From: Mytilus californianus
Taxonomy: Eukaryota
DNA length: 64,000 nucleotides
Direction of reading: 5' to 3'
Assembly (NCBI RefSeq): GCF_021869535.1
Contig: NW_026262581.1
Location: 15,686,001 to 15,750,000, forward strand
Below the pieces are notes generated by a model that saw only the letters and a list, made by a program, of their open reading frames with translations, made no database searches and was not told where the DNA came from. Made by a program: the position numbers and the translations under genes. Below, piece by piece: positions 38,096 to 51,300 of this stretch. Within the stretch, counting starts at the first letter, position 1. Each line of letters starts with the position of its first letter.

Positions 38096-40445
38096 GGAAT
38101 GTGTCACGACTGCAGAAATTCATGCTATACCAACAGAGTATACTCAAAGCTCCCCGGAGTCTGATCAACAAACAACTTTTCGAACAGCTACCATAGACAA
38201 TAAACAAACTCCAAATAGAACAGGGGACAGCAAATCGAACTCTCCCATTCGCGACAACTGCCTCCAGGAAAAACCTCCAGATCAAAAGAACAAAACAGAA
38301 ATACTGTAACTACTTGTAGAACCGAGAACACCAGATTAACAACATGTAATATGGAAGGGATAAAATCCAATACCTCCTTCTTCACTCGCTTCTCGACAAT
38401 TCTCATAGCATATATCTTCAAGAACACTTCCTCTGGGAATGTCAGTCAAACATCCTACATAACCTATTGCATGAATGGGAAAACCACACCAGATGTCAGG
38501 ACTCCAACAAACCACTAGATGGATTCAAACTTCCTAAAGGGCAGGCAGGTGTATCTATTCTCTGGCCCAAATTGTGGAACAATCAAATACAAAAACTTCC
38601 AGATGGAAATGATAGAATAGTCTCTATATTGATAACCTCTAACTGGAATATCTGTTTAATTAACGGTTATATGCCAACTATGGAAACTGACTCACAGTAT
38701 GAATACGGAGACTGTCTTGATATAATTCATGCAATTATAGAGAAATATCAGTCAACGCATCAAATAATTGTATCTGGAGATCTAAACGGAATTCTTTCTA
38801 ACTGTAGGAATAACAAACATGATCGGCTACTGCAACATTTTGCTCAAGAAATGAATTTATCAACAGTTGGAAACTATGGTGAACAGATCACTTTCTTCCA
38901 CCATTCAGGGCAATCTTCCTGTCAAATTGACTATATATTGACCTCAAAAAGTGATATCTATAGTAATCATGAAATCTGGGAAAATACACCTTCGAACGTC
39001 ACAGCGCATGTACCTGTCTCGATGCTTACAAATATTGCTATTCCACTGCTTGAAAAACATTTCAATCAAAATAAAAAAAACTGTCTATAAACTGAAATGA
39101 AATAAGATAGATAAACAACTGTACCGTGAAACTATTTCTGAAAACTAAATGCCATAAAGGAAGACAACTCAACTTCAGATAACATCAAAATTCTTACAGA
39201 CATCCTACACAAAGCGTCGCATGCGGCAGTCCCGTCAAACATGACCAGGCTAAAAGGCCCGAAATGGAAAGCCTCTCCAAAAGTCAGGAAACATCTTAAA
39301 GCCTGTAAACAACTATACTCTAAATGGAAAGCTCTGGGCAAACCAGAAAATCATCAAAGCAAACAAGATCTTAAAATTAAAAAAAAAGAAACTCCGTAGT
39401 CAAACAGAAACAAGAATATGCTACTGACAGGTGAAAACTATACCAGCAAATTATAGACAATCCTTCAACCGAACTATTCTACAAACTCACTTTAGAAATA
39501 AAACCAAATACGTATGGAAATATCTGGCATAGAGATCGATAATGAATTTGACTTCTCATCCCGAAATCAAAGCCGCGCTTTCGCTAACTACTATGAAGAT
39601 CTCAGTATCCTTAAAGAGAGCTCATATGACAACTCTTACCTGGAACTCTGCTAAGTTAGACAGAAAATATTTGAGGAAACATTCAGCCAGAAAATGCCAT
39701 CAATCAACCCATACATAGAAAAGGAAGTAAAACAAGCAATTGAGAATTTCAACACAGGAAAATCATTAGATGAACACGGAATCTGTGCTGAACACCTAAA
39801 ATATGCATAACCTACCGTTGTCCCATCTCTGACTAAAATTTTAAATAAAATCTTGCAGGAAAGAAAAGTTCAAGTCAATTTTAAATCATGAATCTTAACG
39901 CCTGTCTTAAAGAAATAAAAAATCCATCTCTAGTTTATAGTTACCGTGGCATTAAGGTGACCCCAGTACTGTTAAAATTACATGAATTTTGCATTCTTGG
40001 CAAACTCTTCATTAACTCTGGTACCGACTTACCATTCGGATTCACTAAAGGTTTATGGCCACGCTTCGCAAGTCTCATAATCTTAGAATGTAAATGTGAG
40101 ATAAGTAAATCATTATCCTTATATCTTGCTACCGTCGATGTTCAATCAGCCTTTGATGTCGTTCAGCATACCATTCTTCTTGACAAACTATTAGATCGTG
40201 GAACTCACCAAGATATCTAGTTACTAATCAAAGATTTTTACAGTGGACTCACCCCCAAAGTTGAATGGCAGGGAGAAATCAGTGAAAGCTTTAATATCCT
40301 CCAGGGAGTTAGAAAAGGTGGTATTCTATCAACCCACCTATACAAAATATTTGTAGAGGATCTCCTCAAGGAAACTCATTAGGATTTATATTAGGTACAA
40401 TAAACGGTGGAGCACCAACCTGTGTTGATGATGTAGCATTACTAA

Positions 40446-42419
40446 CACTACAAACCGCTAAAGTCTGAAATGGCCTATATCTGTACTCGACTGTACTGAT
40501 TTTTACTCGACCAGTCTGAATTGGTCTGAATTTTACTCGACATTACTCGACCCCAGTCTTAACCATACTCGACCGTACTGATTTGTAATTGACCCTTATC
40601 TTTGCCATTGAAAATAGTCTGAACTATTACTCGACCAGTCTGAAACAGTCTTAACCCATTCTCAATCTGTAGTCGACAAATTTTTTCAGTCTAAACCATA
40701 CTCGACTAAAGGTCTGAACAATACTCGACCAGTCTGAACCATACTTGACCAAAAAACCTATATTTTTTTTTAATTTGAGCTGTTAAAATTAATTTCTTTT
40801 TTTCTGACATGAAAACAGCCACAATAAAATAAAGATATATATAAAAATATATTTTTACATTCTTGCATGATTCTCAGATTTATCAAATAGAGATAGTTAA
40901 ATTAAATTATCCTATATAATAATTCAATTATATTAATTTTAAAGTTTTAGAGTTTTGTTAAAAAAAAGGTTTTCTTTTAACTAAAAACCACACCTTTACT
41001 GAGGGTAATAAAACCTTATTAAGGTGCTTCTTGTTTGGCATGTGTTTTTTTTTTTTTTTTAAACTTAATTTTCCTAAATTCCTAAAGAAAACCTATATAG
41101 GTTTCATGGTTATATACAATAGTTATATAATTATCTTTTTAATGAGGTAACAACAGCCAAAAAATCACTGAAATTGTTTAACCTTATATTAGAAATATAT
41201 CTATTCTTATTATAACTTGGGATATGATATATATCAAAAGGGGATAAAAAAATTAAAGAAATAGATAAATTTTTTCTTCTGATTAGTGGTAAAGTATAAA
41301 GTAATACCTTCTGCTTGGGGCAAACTCATTAAAAATCACAACTGATCAGAGAGTATTAATTTCTAATTAACATTCATTAAAAATTGCAACATCCTGTGAA
41401 ACTTAAATCGCAAGGCCTTTTGAATTCACTAGATAAGTAATACACAAGTTTAAGAAAAAAAGGGCTTTCTTTTTACCTGTAAAACACACATGTACTGAGA
41501 TAAATAAACCTTATTAAAGTGCTTCTTGTATGCCATGTCTTTAATTTTGACAAAAGTTATTTAAATTTAATTAAAATAAATTTTTTCTGCAACTTTGGAA
41601 CACATTTCCTTTTTTAAATGGTTATCAAGGATTGCTATGGAAGTTCTATTATCATCGATTATCTTAAATTCTTGGTTTTACAAAACAAAGGTGTTATTTT
41701 TAAAATTTATTAAGTTGCGTTATATACTATTTTAAATATATTTTAATAAAAAAAATGTTCACTGCATTATTACCGTAACTAAACTCAACTGACACCATAA
41801 ATCATTACAAGGCTTAAGTAAATGGTGAAAATTGTCCAGTAACCATAAAATATATCTGAAACATTCAAAAAAATTTGAATAACATTGAAAATATTAGTCA
41901 CAATTCAGTTTTGAGATTATTTGATTAGTTTGTTTTATTTTTATTTTAAAGGTGATATATATATGTAAGTGTTGATAAATATGGTGTTGAATTTATATTA
42001 TGTTTATTGTGAAATTTTGGTTTCAATATGCCATATTGAATACATTTTAAATTTCAAATTGTTGTTCAAATTTCTAGCCAGGGGAAATAGCTGTTAAAAA
42101 CAGTTCCTAAATTGATGAAATACAATAGATAGATACAAAAATTAGCTCTAGGTTGGTTAAGACTTAGTCGAGTATGGTTCAGCCTAGGTCGAGTATGGTT
42201 CAGACTAGGTCGAGTATGGTTCAGACTAGGTCGAACATGGTTCAGACAAAAATAAAATGGTTAAGTACTGGTCGAGTACAAGTTCAGACTGTTAAGTATG
42301 GTTCAGACTACAGTCGAGTATTATCAAGTAAATATCAGACCAAATCAGACTTGTCGAGTAAAAATCAGTACAGTCGAGTACAAATATAGGCCATTTCAGA
42401 CTTTTACTGGTTTGTAGTG
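40446..42419. mobile_element. Non-autonomous CACTA (CMC-EnSpm-like) DNA transposon, 1974 bp, 3-bp TAA TSD
   Basis: taa|CACTAcaaacc.ctaaagtctgaaatggcctatat.tgtactcgactgtactgatttttactcgac ... mirrored end ggtttgTAGTG|taa. Subterminal arrays of tactcgaccagtctgaa-like motifs on both sides. It interrupts the LINE RT just after DDVALL. Confidence 0.85.
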
Positions 42420-45379
42420 TAAGCTCAACCCAGACAAACTACAGATGATGCTTAACATCCTACAAAGATATGCAAACCAACATCAGTATAATATCCACCC
42501 ATCTAAATCTAAAATTATCCACTACAAATCTTCAAAAAACTTTCAACCATATTCCTGGAACTTGTCGTGAAATGTTATCGCTGCGTCAGAGGAAACTGTA
42601 CCAACAAATATGCTCTAATGAACTTAGGTCTGCATGGAACTAACGGGTTAAACCCAAATATCTCTGATACAATATACAAAAGATACGTATTACTAAGATT
42701 CTTATACGGTTTGGAAATCCTCATTCTAACTAAAGCTCAAATGGAACTGCTGGAAAAATTCCACAAAGAAACTCTCAGATGCATACAATCATTCTCTAAA
42801 AGAACAGTTATTCCTGCTATTTATCTACTACTGTGTGTTCTACCCATTGAAGGAGAAATCCACAGAAAGAAACTGACTCTTTTACACGCCATTGTGTCAT
42901 GCGACAACTCTAAACTAAAGGAATTCTTAAGAGACAAATATCAGTAAATAGCAATAATCCAAAAAGCTTCTTCCATCAATCAATTTTATTACTAGAACAG
43001 TACAATTCGCCAAACATTCTTGACCTAAATAGAAAACCGCATTCAAAGTTGGTCTGGAAAAAACCCTAAGATCAGCAATCCACAAATATTGGACTTCTGA
43101 ATTACAAGAAACGGCAGATACAAAGTCATCACTAAAAGTCCTAAACATAACCATTTTGGAGATAGGAAATAACCATCCATTCTGGGACTATGCATCACAA
43201 AATTTATTAGATGTCAGGAAAAGCATGTTTAAGCACGTATACTCACTGGATTATACTTAGTACAGGCTGACAAGCATAAATTTAGTCAATACAAAATAAA
43301 TGCAACATGTCCGCTGTGCCACAGGGAGGATGAAGATATAATGCACGTTTTAACCTTCTGTCCGTCATTTAGGGAAATTCGTATGCAGTATTTCCTTCCA
43401 CTCAAAGATCTCGTATCATAGGATGCTAGAAATGGGAAGAACTCTTCAAAAACAATCAAGACATTACGGTATTGATGCTTGCTTTTTCAGTGTTCTGCGA
43501 TCTGCAAAACCTCAGCAAACCTCAAACGATGAATATTGAGTCACTGACGAGTGACGTCTGTTATAAAATACACATCCGTCGAATACAACTTCTGAAAAAT
43601 TTAGAAATAAAGTGAAACTGAAGTGAATTGTGTGAATTCTAGGAGAGGATATTCATGGACAATGAATTTCTAGTATTTTATGTACTTAATTGCTCTCCAC
43701 ATATTGTAGAATACATATGGCAGATAAGATGGTTTTAGATTTTAAGATTTGAAACTTGTACATTATCTTTGCTCTTTTGAACATATATGCATTCTCAAAT
43801 GTTTTATCCTTTGTATTTGCACAAATTGTACAGAGCACGTCTACTGGAGCACGTTCTATTTTTGAATTTATGTCTTAAACTCCTTTTAAAATTAAGAATT
43901 TTACCCTCTTACTTATTCGTGTAAATATTTTTCTTTTACCCAATAAGGAGTGTTCCTAAGATATGAAGTATATATATAAGAAAGAAAGACACATTTACAG
44001 ACAATTTTTCAATAAATTGGTACTGTTTTTTAATCTTGATTCTTAATAAAATTGTGAACAAATCAATTAATGAATCAAAAGAAAAATGAAGATTATAACA
44101 CATGTTATAAACATTTAGCAATGACATTTAGGTATTAGTTTTCTTAGAAATAATAAATATTTACGATTTTAAGTATAGAAAGACTATAAACATACCAACT
44201 ACATATTAAATGGAACGGAATGATAAAAGTATTATGACAACTCTTCCTTAAAATCAATTCCTTTATTGTTCGTGGATGAATGCATCTTTCATAACCTGCC
44301 AAATCCGGAATTTGATCATATGGAAACCATCAAATGCTAATGGAAGCGGTTTTCCAATCATTGCTCAGTAATACACGGAAATACAGTACTATCACAGATA
44401 TACTCAAGGTTCGCTATTATGGGAGCAAGAAACAATATGAAATATGAGAAATTGTCCTTTAGCAATAACCATCATCTGGAAGTCAATATATGAACAATCT
44501 TGGAGATTCCGGTCCACATTTTATAATCTACTGTTGTTGACAACGTTCTTAATCACAACATTAAAGGATTAAACTCCCTTTTAGAGGAATTTATTGGTGT
44601 ATAAACTCGACCAATTCCCTTACAAACAAATAAAAGTCCGAAGGACTTTTATGATATGTTTGTGAGTGACTTGGACCAGTTTATACACCAAAACATTCCT
44701 TTAAAAATGAGTTTAATCCTTATAATTCTTTAAAATTGGAGATAAGGAATTCATTTTTCGACACTCGTAACCTCTATAACATTTAAATTGTATATTTGTG
44801 TCATTGAATTGGCCTGGCGCATGAATGTATTTGTTGGTTAACGCAAAAATATGTACTCCATAAAATTTGATATCTGATAAAATATAAACTACAAAAACGC
44901 GAAGTGCAAATAAATTTTTCAACGTCGAGCCGGATTGTGATATTATCGCCGCCATCTTGTTTACATTGATTGCATAAAGAAGTTCGGTCAACGTCGTCTA
45001 TCGAAAAATAAACAACGTCAAGAACAACTACCGGAAGTCCTCTCGACCAATCATATCAACGTATTCCCTAATATGCAAATCATATAAGAATTATTCTACA
45101 ATAACTTCTACGTACAAACAATGCCTCGGTTCAAGCGACTTTACATTGATGAGACTTTTTCGGGAAAAGACGTGTTACTATGATCCATTGACAATTTAAC
45201 GTATAAACAGAAAAATGGTCGAAGGTTTGAAAATGAGAAATGAAATATCAAACAGCAACACCTAATTTTTAGCCTGTTGTAATCTACCAAATTGTACATG
45301 TAAACTCATGTGTACTATCTTATCTCATTTAAACCGACTTATCGCCTTAGGTCTCGAATGAAAGAGGAAGTCTGAGAAA

Positions 45380-45383
45380 ATGC
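45380..45383 (+). CDS. LU-FReD exon 1 coding part (ATG C)
   Basis: gagaaaATGC|gtaagt is conserved identically in the paralog at 62401. Phase 1 fits exon 2. Confidence 0.7.
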
Positions 45384-48300
45384 GTAAGTCAGTATGCCTT
45401 TTCCTTCACTATATCATACATAATTATGTTTAAAGTATGATTATACCGCACAGCAATGTATATGTAAAGCTTTATATTATCAATTGTATGTAGAAGAAAA
45501 TTAGATTATATTGTTTTGTCGTTTTATTTAGGATTGTGATTTAGATAAATGTGAACGTATAGCTATATTGAACTGATTCAATAGTTTAATAAAAGTTTTA
45601 TATGCCCTTATGTTGTGCTGTTACACCACTGTCCTAGACTATTGGGAGAGAGTTGAGCGCATTTTAGCTTACTATATACGGTATGTGTTTCCCTCATTGT
45701 TGAAAGCCGTACGGTGACCTGCACACATTCGTATCCTTCTGGTATGTGGCGGATTGTTGTCTCTTTGGCAATAATATCACTTCTCCATAATTTCATAACT
45801 AGATTTTAAAAAATTGGAGAAACCTTGCATTATATGGATTTAATATACAAACAGCTTAACTGTTTGTTTAACTTTATCGATTTAACTATGATCTAGAGTA
45901 ACAAGGATCTTAGATATCAGATGAATATTAAAATTGTATAATGTACAATTACAGCTTATTTCATGTATAACAATACGCATATGAAGCTTGCCTCCATAAA
46001 TGCTGTTGACATTTTAGTCAGTAAAATATCATTTTTACCTTGAATATCACTTTTGGACCAGTACTAAAGGATAAATGCCGGTATAAAAATGCACCATACA
46101 ACAAACATTCCCTACGCGTTTTGTTCAGTTGGCCATATTAATCTTTGAAAAATTCTTACTGTCAGAAAGTTCATTGCTGATAGAAAATGACGAGAAAATC
46201 TTCAGTGGTCATTAACGACAATTTGAGATATACTCAGTAATTTTTCTCGCAATAAAAACGGAAAAAATGAAGAATTTGACCGGAATCGTCACTTCAGATC
46301 TCGGAACCAGAAGTAGGCACTGAATATATGTTACCAAAAGTGAAACCCTGCATTCCTGGTCAAATATCAGCTGCGCGTCAATTGTCAATAGACTGATCAT
46401 AGATACCAGGCTTTACATTTTGTACGCCAGAGGTGCGTTTCGTCTATAAGACTCATTAGTGACGCTCGAATAAAAAAAAGTTAAAAAGTTACGAAGTTGA
46501 AGAGCATTGAGGACCATCATTCCGAAAGTTTTTGCCGATTACTGCTTACTGCTTATGTAATTCGATCATTCCTAGTGTTAAGTCAAGTAAGCCGGGTTCA
46601 CAGACTACTTAAAGTGATAAATGGAAGCAGCCATCTTTGTAAACTGGTTTTGCGCATACATGATCTGAAATCTATATTTTCTCGCATTTTATTTTGTTAC
46701 CGAGTTACGGACATTTTCATTTAGGGTTGATTCCAATCTGAATTGACTAGGATTGTCAGTTTTCCTACCTAAGGTCGGTGGTTCTCTCCACCAATAAAAA
46801 GTGACCACCACGAAATATCACAATAGTGCTAAAAGTAGCGTTAAACACTAATCAATCAATCAATCAATCCAACAGCTTTGATTTTAGCGCTAATGATGAG
46901 TAAACGAAACGTGTGACTGTTGTTCCAAATCATAAGTCTTTATAATCTTTTAAGTCAGAAGCCAGCCGTTGTTGTTGATTGATGTCTGCCATACTAATTT
47001 TTCCTTTAATTTTTATTATTATCCATTTTGTCATGTCGGGGCAATTTATAGTTCACTAAACGATATGGTTTTGCTCTCATAACCTTTTTAATCTTGGCTT
47101 GCTGAAGAGAGCGGTATGTGATTCATTTTAGATCCCACTTTCTCAAAAACGGTTACCGATCTGATAAATAATATTTTCCCTTAATTTAGAGTACGATTTT
47201 TTTTTAAGTTGGTGCGTCCTTTGTTCATTAAAGCTTATAATGAATAGGCGATTGCATGTCTTATCGTTTTAATTGAATCGGCTACATTGCCATGTAATCT
47301 TAATTTTCCGACATGAAAATATAAACTGTTTTGCGGTAGGAATACAATGCATTAAAGTTTGTTAAGACATATGTCTTAGGAGGTATGATGGTCCGTTCGC
47401 TGAAGTGCGATGGTCTAAATGACCTTAGTTACAGTTTCAAACTAAATGAGAGATTGTCCTTTTTAATTTTACTGCATGTGAACATAATTCTACGTGTATA
47501 GTTTATCTTTACTTACTTCCTCTCGTGAGTTCCACTTTTACTATAATATTATAATATAGAGAGTATGTTTGCGGATCAATGTGTCTTTATTTAGAGAATA
47601 CCACGTTTCATCGTTCTTAAAAAAACAAACCTGTAGATTTCGAAAATAAAAGGATCCGCTACAGAAAGCTAAATTTCCCACTCTCTACTAATCACTCCCC
47701 TTTTCTGTATTATTCAAGTTTATAAGCCTTTTATTTACTTGTTCTCATGTTGAATGTGCATTTAATACTTGCGACTGGACTTTGCACTTCGAATATATTT
47801 ATTGTTTATGTTGTTTTGTTTTGTATTTGCTATTCAAACAAATACCGAGTGTTTCCATTGACTGAATTAGTACTGGTTTTAATGAAAAATAACCTTTGCA
47901 TGCAGTGGTGAATTTCTGAACGAGTGTACGCACATTGGCTCATTTTTGTCCGATTTATCATCACAGTTTTAAATAAAATGGGTAATACTCTCGATGATTT
48001 ACTTCAAAATCCGGAAAAAAAACCTGTTTTTAACAAACAAATTGACTTCTACATCGACATGTGAACATAGACGACTTTGAAAATATAGTTTATGTAGTTC
48101 ATCGCACTTCAACGTTACCACCAACGCACTTCGGCGTAGCTATCAACAAGATAGTGTCTCAATGCCACCATCGCACTTTAGCGTGAACAAAAACGCACTT
48201 CAGTGTCAAACCATCGCACTTCAGCGTAATCATCGCCGTTCGGAGTACCATCGCGGTTCAGAGTCGTACACATATACTAGAGAACTGATGGAACAGTAAA

Positions 48301-51300
48301 GAAGAGATTTTTTAATAATAATTGCATATAGAACCCACTTTCGGTCGCGTGCTTAGTAACGTCATAAATAACGCAATTTATGGTCACATTGATGACATCC
48401 ATCAAAATTTCCCAAGTATCATAATTCTTATTAATCTGTTTCAGGTCTATTGAGATATTTGATTTAAAGTATTTGTATAAAGATTTACTATATTTTTCAG
48501 TCAAATGGTCTGTCTTTGTGTTTCTCATATCATTTATAGGTATGTATTTATCGAAAATATATAACGCTAAACCACCAAACAAAATAATGACGAATTGCCA
48601 TTTTTATGTGGTCATTTCATTTAAATTTTAACTTCAAATAAATTTATCTAGTGGTAGTATTTTTATCTGCACTGAATACAAAAAATGCTTTGAATGATTT
48701 ATTTATTTTCCAATTTTTTTTTTTAAAGTAAATATGACGCAGATATCATAGTTTTATATCATTAAGTACTGTCTATTTTATGAAGAATGGATAAAAAGAG
48801 GGGGTATGATGACTTAATAGTTTTTTGTTTCTGAAAGCATTTTGTAAGCAGTATCTCTAATATTTGTTTCAAAATTGTACCAATTCAATTTCTTGTTTTT
48901 CTCGTAAATATTGTTAACAAAATATATAGTTTTGCTTAGATCTTGAAAATAAGCACGATGATTTATATATACCTGTAATAAAAATATTTGATGGAAACAC
49001 GATAGAAGTGAATTTTAAGCAAAACATAACAGTTAAGATTGATTTCGAAACTTTAGATAAACCTGTTATATCCATATATTACTATTGGTTTCTTACAAAG
49101 TTCAACAATGGAATTGTTTGTGACAAGAAACTCAAGTTTGACAATGTCCTTTTTAGTATTATGATTTATTTGTGTGTCTCATGATAGAGTGTAAACAAGA
49201 ATGTTGGTCCTGCAGTGGAGTTGAAACCATTAGCGAGTGTAACCATCGTATACAGTGTAATGATGGTGAGGTCAGTTATATTTCATATTTTTTTTAATTT
49301 CCGATCTACATAAACAACTAAAAAGACTCAGAGTAGTTTTTATGTCTCATTCCTTTGGATGCAAATTGTCCCTCTCTTCCTGTCTGCATTTTTTTTTATC
49401 CTTATGAAGATGATTTCATACAGTAGCATTTTCAGGAGAATAAAAAGAAGCTGTAATTTACCTTTAACGTCAAGTTCCGCTATATAAAGTATGCCCTTTC
49501 ACTGAATAATGTAAATTTAGTGACTATGTTGATTGCATAGAACGAAAGAGAAGATACCAAGGTGACGATCAAAAGTCACTAAAAAGTTAAGAAAAAAACC
49601 ATGATAAAAAACGAACGACGAAAGACACACAGCAATAAAATCTTTACACAGAACACTAACATGTAGGCAAAAGGAACCCCAACCATGCTGAGGGGTAAAC
49701 TCAAGTGCTCCAGAAAGGTAAGTAATTCCTGCTCAATTCGTGACACCTTTCGTGTTAATCTTGTTAGAATACGTGTATGATTCAAATCCTGTGATAAGCA
49801 TCTTATTATAGCGGATTGAAAAATATCTCTTGTCTAACACAAGGACACCAAAATAATGCAAAAAAAAAAACATACTTTCAGTCTCTAAAACTTGCCTAAT
49901 GTGAAAGTTTGAAATGAATTCATGGTTTTCAATGACGAGCGATAAACGAGACTTTTACCGGTCATTGAAAAATAAATAAGTATTAAATACAACATTGAAT
50001 ACATCAGCAATCCGACCTCTTTCAACAAAACTATAACAAAGATAAACACAGGTACTCTTGAAGGGTAAGCACCTAATGAACTTGAAATAAGGATATCAGT
50101 TCAGTCTGTTCCGTTTTATTTCTCTACTTAAATTTATCACAAGATAGTTGTTTTTTTTTGTTAATACTAATACTTATTTTTATTGCAGGTCTGCTTTATG
50201 CACAACTTTGTAACCGAGTCCGGTACTGAAGAGTTTGATTACGGATGTGGCTCATCACTGGTATATTAAACTGTAATGTTTGATAGTTCAAAAAGACCCC
50301 AATAAAAACTGATTGCATCAAAACATCATTTGGACTGTTTTGGATAGTTGCGTCATTGGCAATTATACCACATCTCATTATTTTTATATAATACAGGTGT
50401 TTTATACGGTGAATTAATTTTCAAATGCTAGGAAATCATTTTGCTGTATAAAAATTGCTATATTCAAATAAGGATGCTTTTTATAGCAAAAAATAACGGG
50501 AAAAACATCTTTTAAAATGACAACAAAAATTCTATAATAATAGACAGACGTCTTTTTATACTACAAAAAAAGTTACATAATTTGTATTTGGCAAAAACTT
50601 TCGAAAATATTGGTCTTTAATGCTCTTCAGCTTCGTGCTTCGTTTAGCTTTTTAACTTTGTTAACTCGAGCGTCACTGACGAGTCTTTTGCATACACAGT
50701 TTTAAGTCTGGTATCTATGTGAGCTTATTATACAGTATTCCAAGCTCTAGATTGTTCTCTCTGTAAACGTTGTGAATAAATTTAACATAACCAATAAAAT
50801 GCAATATAAACCAACATCCCACATACGAAAAACATTAAAATATGACATACGAAAACTGACGACGTTCAGGACTTGGTAAAGGCAGATGAAAATAGGTTAA
50901 ATTAGTATTATGAGATCTCAACCTCCTTCTCTTTTAAAATCGCTCAGTAGATTAATAAACTCAAATAAAAGAACATAAAAACCAGTATATGAAAAACACA
51001 CAACAGAATATTCATAAAAAGGTGCATTTTTTTTCACACAATGTAAAAAAATGAATTTATAAACAAAAAAAGTTGATATAATTTATTTCTATTTGTTTCG
51101 AAAAAGGCTTGTAGTAATTCGGCTGGTTCGATACTGGGGCGCCGATCAGAAGGTCATCATGTGAAGTGCGCACTTTGCTGCTATACCAGACTATGTAATG
51201 CTAATTTGACTTGCACAAGTTCTGGTCAATTTCGTAAGTAGACTATATATTTTTATAGCTCAAGTTAGGATGTTCACTATTTAGTGTTTTAATTGCACAC

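Larger units (their letters stand above)
37340..43620 (+). mobile_element. Near full-length decayed non-LTR retrotransposon (APE endonuclease, RT, C-terminal Cys/His motif) with two nested insertions
   Basis: APE motifs YLQEHFL, GQAGVSIL, LINGYMPT, IVSGDLNG, SCQIDYIL and TAHVPV at 38340-39030. RT motifs YRGI.VTP, FGFTKG, ATVDVQSAFDVV, QGVRKGGILST and TCVDDVALL at 39700-40445, resuming at 42423. CPLC.REDEDIMHVL.FCP at ~43305. Many stops and frameshifts. Confidence 0.88.

Noticed and set aside
42160-42389. 20-bp direct repeats and the ORF MVQTRSS repeats; superficially CRISPR-like or a repeat protein
   Set aside because: There are no unique spacers. These are subterminal repeats of the CACTA element, mirrored at 40480-40750.
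47978-47981. ATG G|gtaata as the first coding exon of LU-FReD (would give MVKWSVF...)
   Set aside because: It lies inside an insertion absent from the paralog. ATGC|gtaagt at 45380 has a stronger donor and is conserved in both copies.
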